A stretch of DNA of 63,615 nt, filler included, from Octopus bimaculoides (taxonomy: Eukaryota), in assembly GCF_001194135.2 (NCBI RefSeq). It is 4 parts of 4 records of this genome, joined end to end, with 100 filler letters (N's around TTAATTAATTAA, not from the genome) between each part and the next. Parts side by side here need not be neighbours in the genome. Positions count along the whole stretch, not along the records: positions 60,174 to 63,615 come from NC_069006.1; 3 more parts are not named here. The stretch is one strand, 5' to 3'. Position numbers and translations under genes: made by a program. Positions within the stretch are counted from its first letter, which is position 1; each line of letters starts with the position of its first letter. Positions 61,619-63,615 of this stretch are shown in pieces. The notes beneath the pieces were generated by a model. It worked only from the letters and a program-made list of their open reading frames with translations, was not told where the DNA came from and made no database searches.

Positions 61619-62822
61619 AGGTTTGGAGGTGATGTACAGGAATTACATTATAGAAAAAAAATTATTAAGGTACTCAGAAATCTGGATGGTTGTACATTTA
61701 CAGATTTTATTTTTACATATATATANNNNNNNNNNNNNNNNNNNNNNNNNNNNNNNNNNNNNNNNNNNNNNNNNNNNNNNNNNNNNNNNNNNNNNNNNNN
61801 NNNNNNNNNNNNNNNNNNNNNNNNNNNNNNNNNNNNNNNNNNNNNNNNNNNNNNNNNNNNNNNNNNNNNNNNNNNNNNNNNNNNNNNNNNNNNNNNNNNN
61901 NNNNNNNNNNNNNNNNNNNNNNNNNNNNNNNNNNNNNNNNNNNNNNNNNNNNNNNNNNNNNNNNNNNNNNNNNNNNNNNNNNNNNNNNNNNNNNNNNNNN
62001 NNNNNNNNNNNNNNNNNNNNNNNNNNNNNNNNNNNNNNNNNNNNNNNNNNNNNNNNNNNNNNNNNNNNNNNNNNNNNNNNNNNNNNNNNNNNNNNNNNNN
62101 NNNNNNNNNNNNNNNNNNNNNNNNNNNNNNNNNNNNNNNNNNNNNNNNNNNNNNNNNNNNNNNNNNNNNNNNNNNNNNNNNNNNNNNNNNNNNNNNNNNN
62201 NNNNNNNNNNNNNNNNNNNNNNNNNNNNNNNNNNNNNNNNNNNNNNNNNNNNNNNNNNNNNNNNNNNNNNNNNNNNNNNNNNNNNNNNNNNNNNNNNNNN
62301 NNNNNNNNNNNNNNNNNNNNNNNNNNNNNNNNNNNNNNNNNNNNNNNNNNNNNNNNNNNNNNNNNNNNNNNNNNNNNNNNNNNNNNNNNNNNNNNNNNNN
62401 NNNNNNNNNNNNNNNNNNNNNNNNNNNNNNNNNNNNNNNNNNNNNNNNNNNNNNNNNNNNNNNNNNNNNNNNNNNNNNNNNNNNNNNNNNNNNNNNNNNN
62501 NNNNNNNNNNNNNNNNNNNNNNNNNNNNNNNNNNNNNNNNNNNNNNNNNGGGATTAAATTAATGACACGGTAAGTAATCCATACAAAGAATATATATATA
62601 TATCTATATATATCTATCTATATATATATATATATATAATATAATCCTATACACACGTGCAAATGTATGTATGTATGTATGTATGTATATATGCGTATAT
62701 GAATATATATATAAACATACACACACACACGCATGCACAAGTATACACCAGCACAGACACACATACAGAAATCTGTACACGCGTATTTGTTGTCAAGTTT
62801 AAGTAAAAAAAAAAATAAGGAA

Positions 62823-62823
<1 letters not shown>

Positions 62824-62881
<58 letters not shown>

Positions 62882-63034
62882 CGTGTAAGATAAGTCTCGT
62901 GGAATTTAACATTAAGTCAACAGGGGAGAAAGAAACAATTGAAGATTAGAATTTAAAGGGGCAGACAACTTGCACCTGTGTCTTGAGCTATTGTTTGTCG
63001 TGTGTGGATTGTAGCGTAAAGTGGATTATATCGG

Positions 63035-63110
<76 letters not shown>
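62824..63110. repeat. Two (AAT)n microsatellites (62824-62878 and 63036-63110)
   Basis: Read directly from sequence. Confidence 0.9.
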
Positions 63111-63329
63111 GGCAGTAGCGTTATCAACGATCACTGTACCATGTTCATGACAGGTACTTGAGATTTACGGAAGCTAAGCAGAGAGTGAACCTGACCTTGT
63201 ATAAGTTAATAGCGATATCGGATCTGGAAATGTCATCTGTATGACTGACTCTGTGAATGGATAAGAGGAAGTTGCTGTTATTCTTGTTAGGGCCTACGGT
63301 GGGAATTAATCATAGCTTCTTTATTCGTT

Positions 63330-63530
63330 CTTTTATTTTTTTCAGTCATTTGATTGCGGCCGTGCTGCAGCACCGCCTTTAGTCGAACAAATATCGCCCC
63401 CAAGACTTATTCTTTGTAAGCCAAGTACTTAGTCTATCCGTCTCTTTTTGCGGAACCGCTAGCTTACAGGGACGTATACATGCCAACATCGGTTGTCAAA
63501 TGATGGTGGGTGGGTGATGGACAGACAGAC
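63330..63530 (-). mobile_element. SINE family B 3' half
   Basis: tttcagtcatttgattgcggccgtgctgcagcaccgcctttagtcgaac is the reverse complement of the family B tail. Confidence 0.8.
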
Positions 63531-63532
63531 AG

Positions 63533-63590
<58 letters not shown>

Positions 63591-63615
63591 TATATATATA
63601 ATATATATATATATA

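Overview
Repeat-rich, AT-rich eukaryotic DNA, almost certainly from an octopus. This is inferred from the tRNA-derived SINE families, RTE/Penelope/Tx1 retroelements, dense microsatellites and draft-assembly gaps, a style that suggests Octopus bimaculoides. Only one host gene is supportable: the last three coding exons of DDA1 (DET1- and DDB1-associated protein 1) on the + strand at 8166-8217, 18814-18875 and 21364-21471, with canonical and phase-consistent splice sites. The upstream exon(s) were not found in the window. The rest is transposable-element debris: RTE, CR1, Tx1/L1, HERO-like and Penelope retroelements, a decayed Charlie/Buster hAT transposon, Helitrons, Tc1/mariner elements, MITEs, at least three SINE families and a tRNA-Glu remnant. 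Best leads: (1) minimal type I hammerhead ribozymes in Penelope-type termini, including a family that consistently lacks the invariant A6; (2) a hAT element resembling primate MER1/Charlie3 at nucleotide level, a horizontal-transfer candidate; (3) a SINE whose 3' tail matches a Tx1/L1 LINE in the same window; (4) a CpG-decay boundary that outlines the methylated DDA1 gene body; (5) a Helitron with an atypical ~50-bp flank duplication; (6) a PHD-like finger inside an RTE reverse transcriptase. No CRISPR or other prokaryotic system is present. Family names and similarities to known sequences are recalled from memory, not from database searches, and most TE boundaries are approximate.
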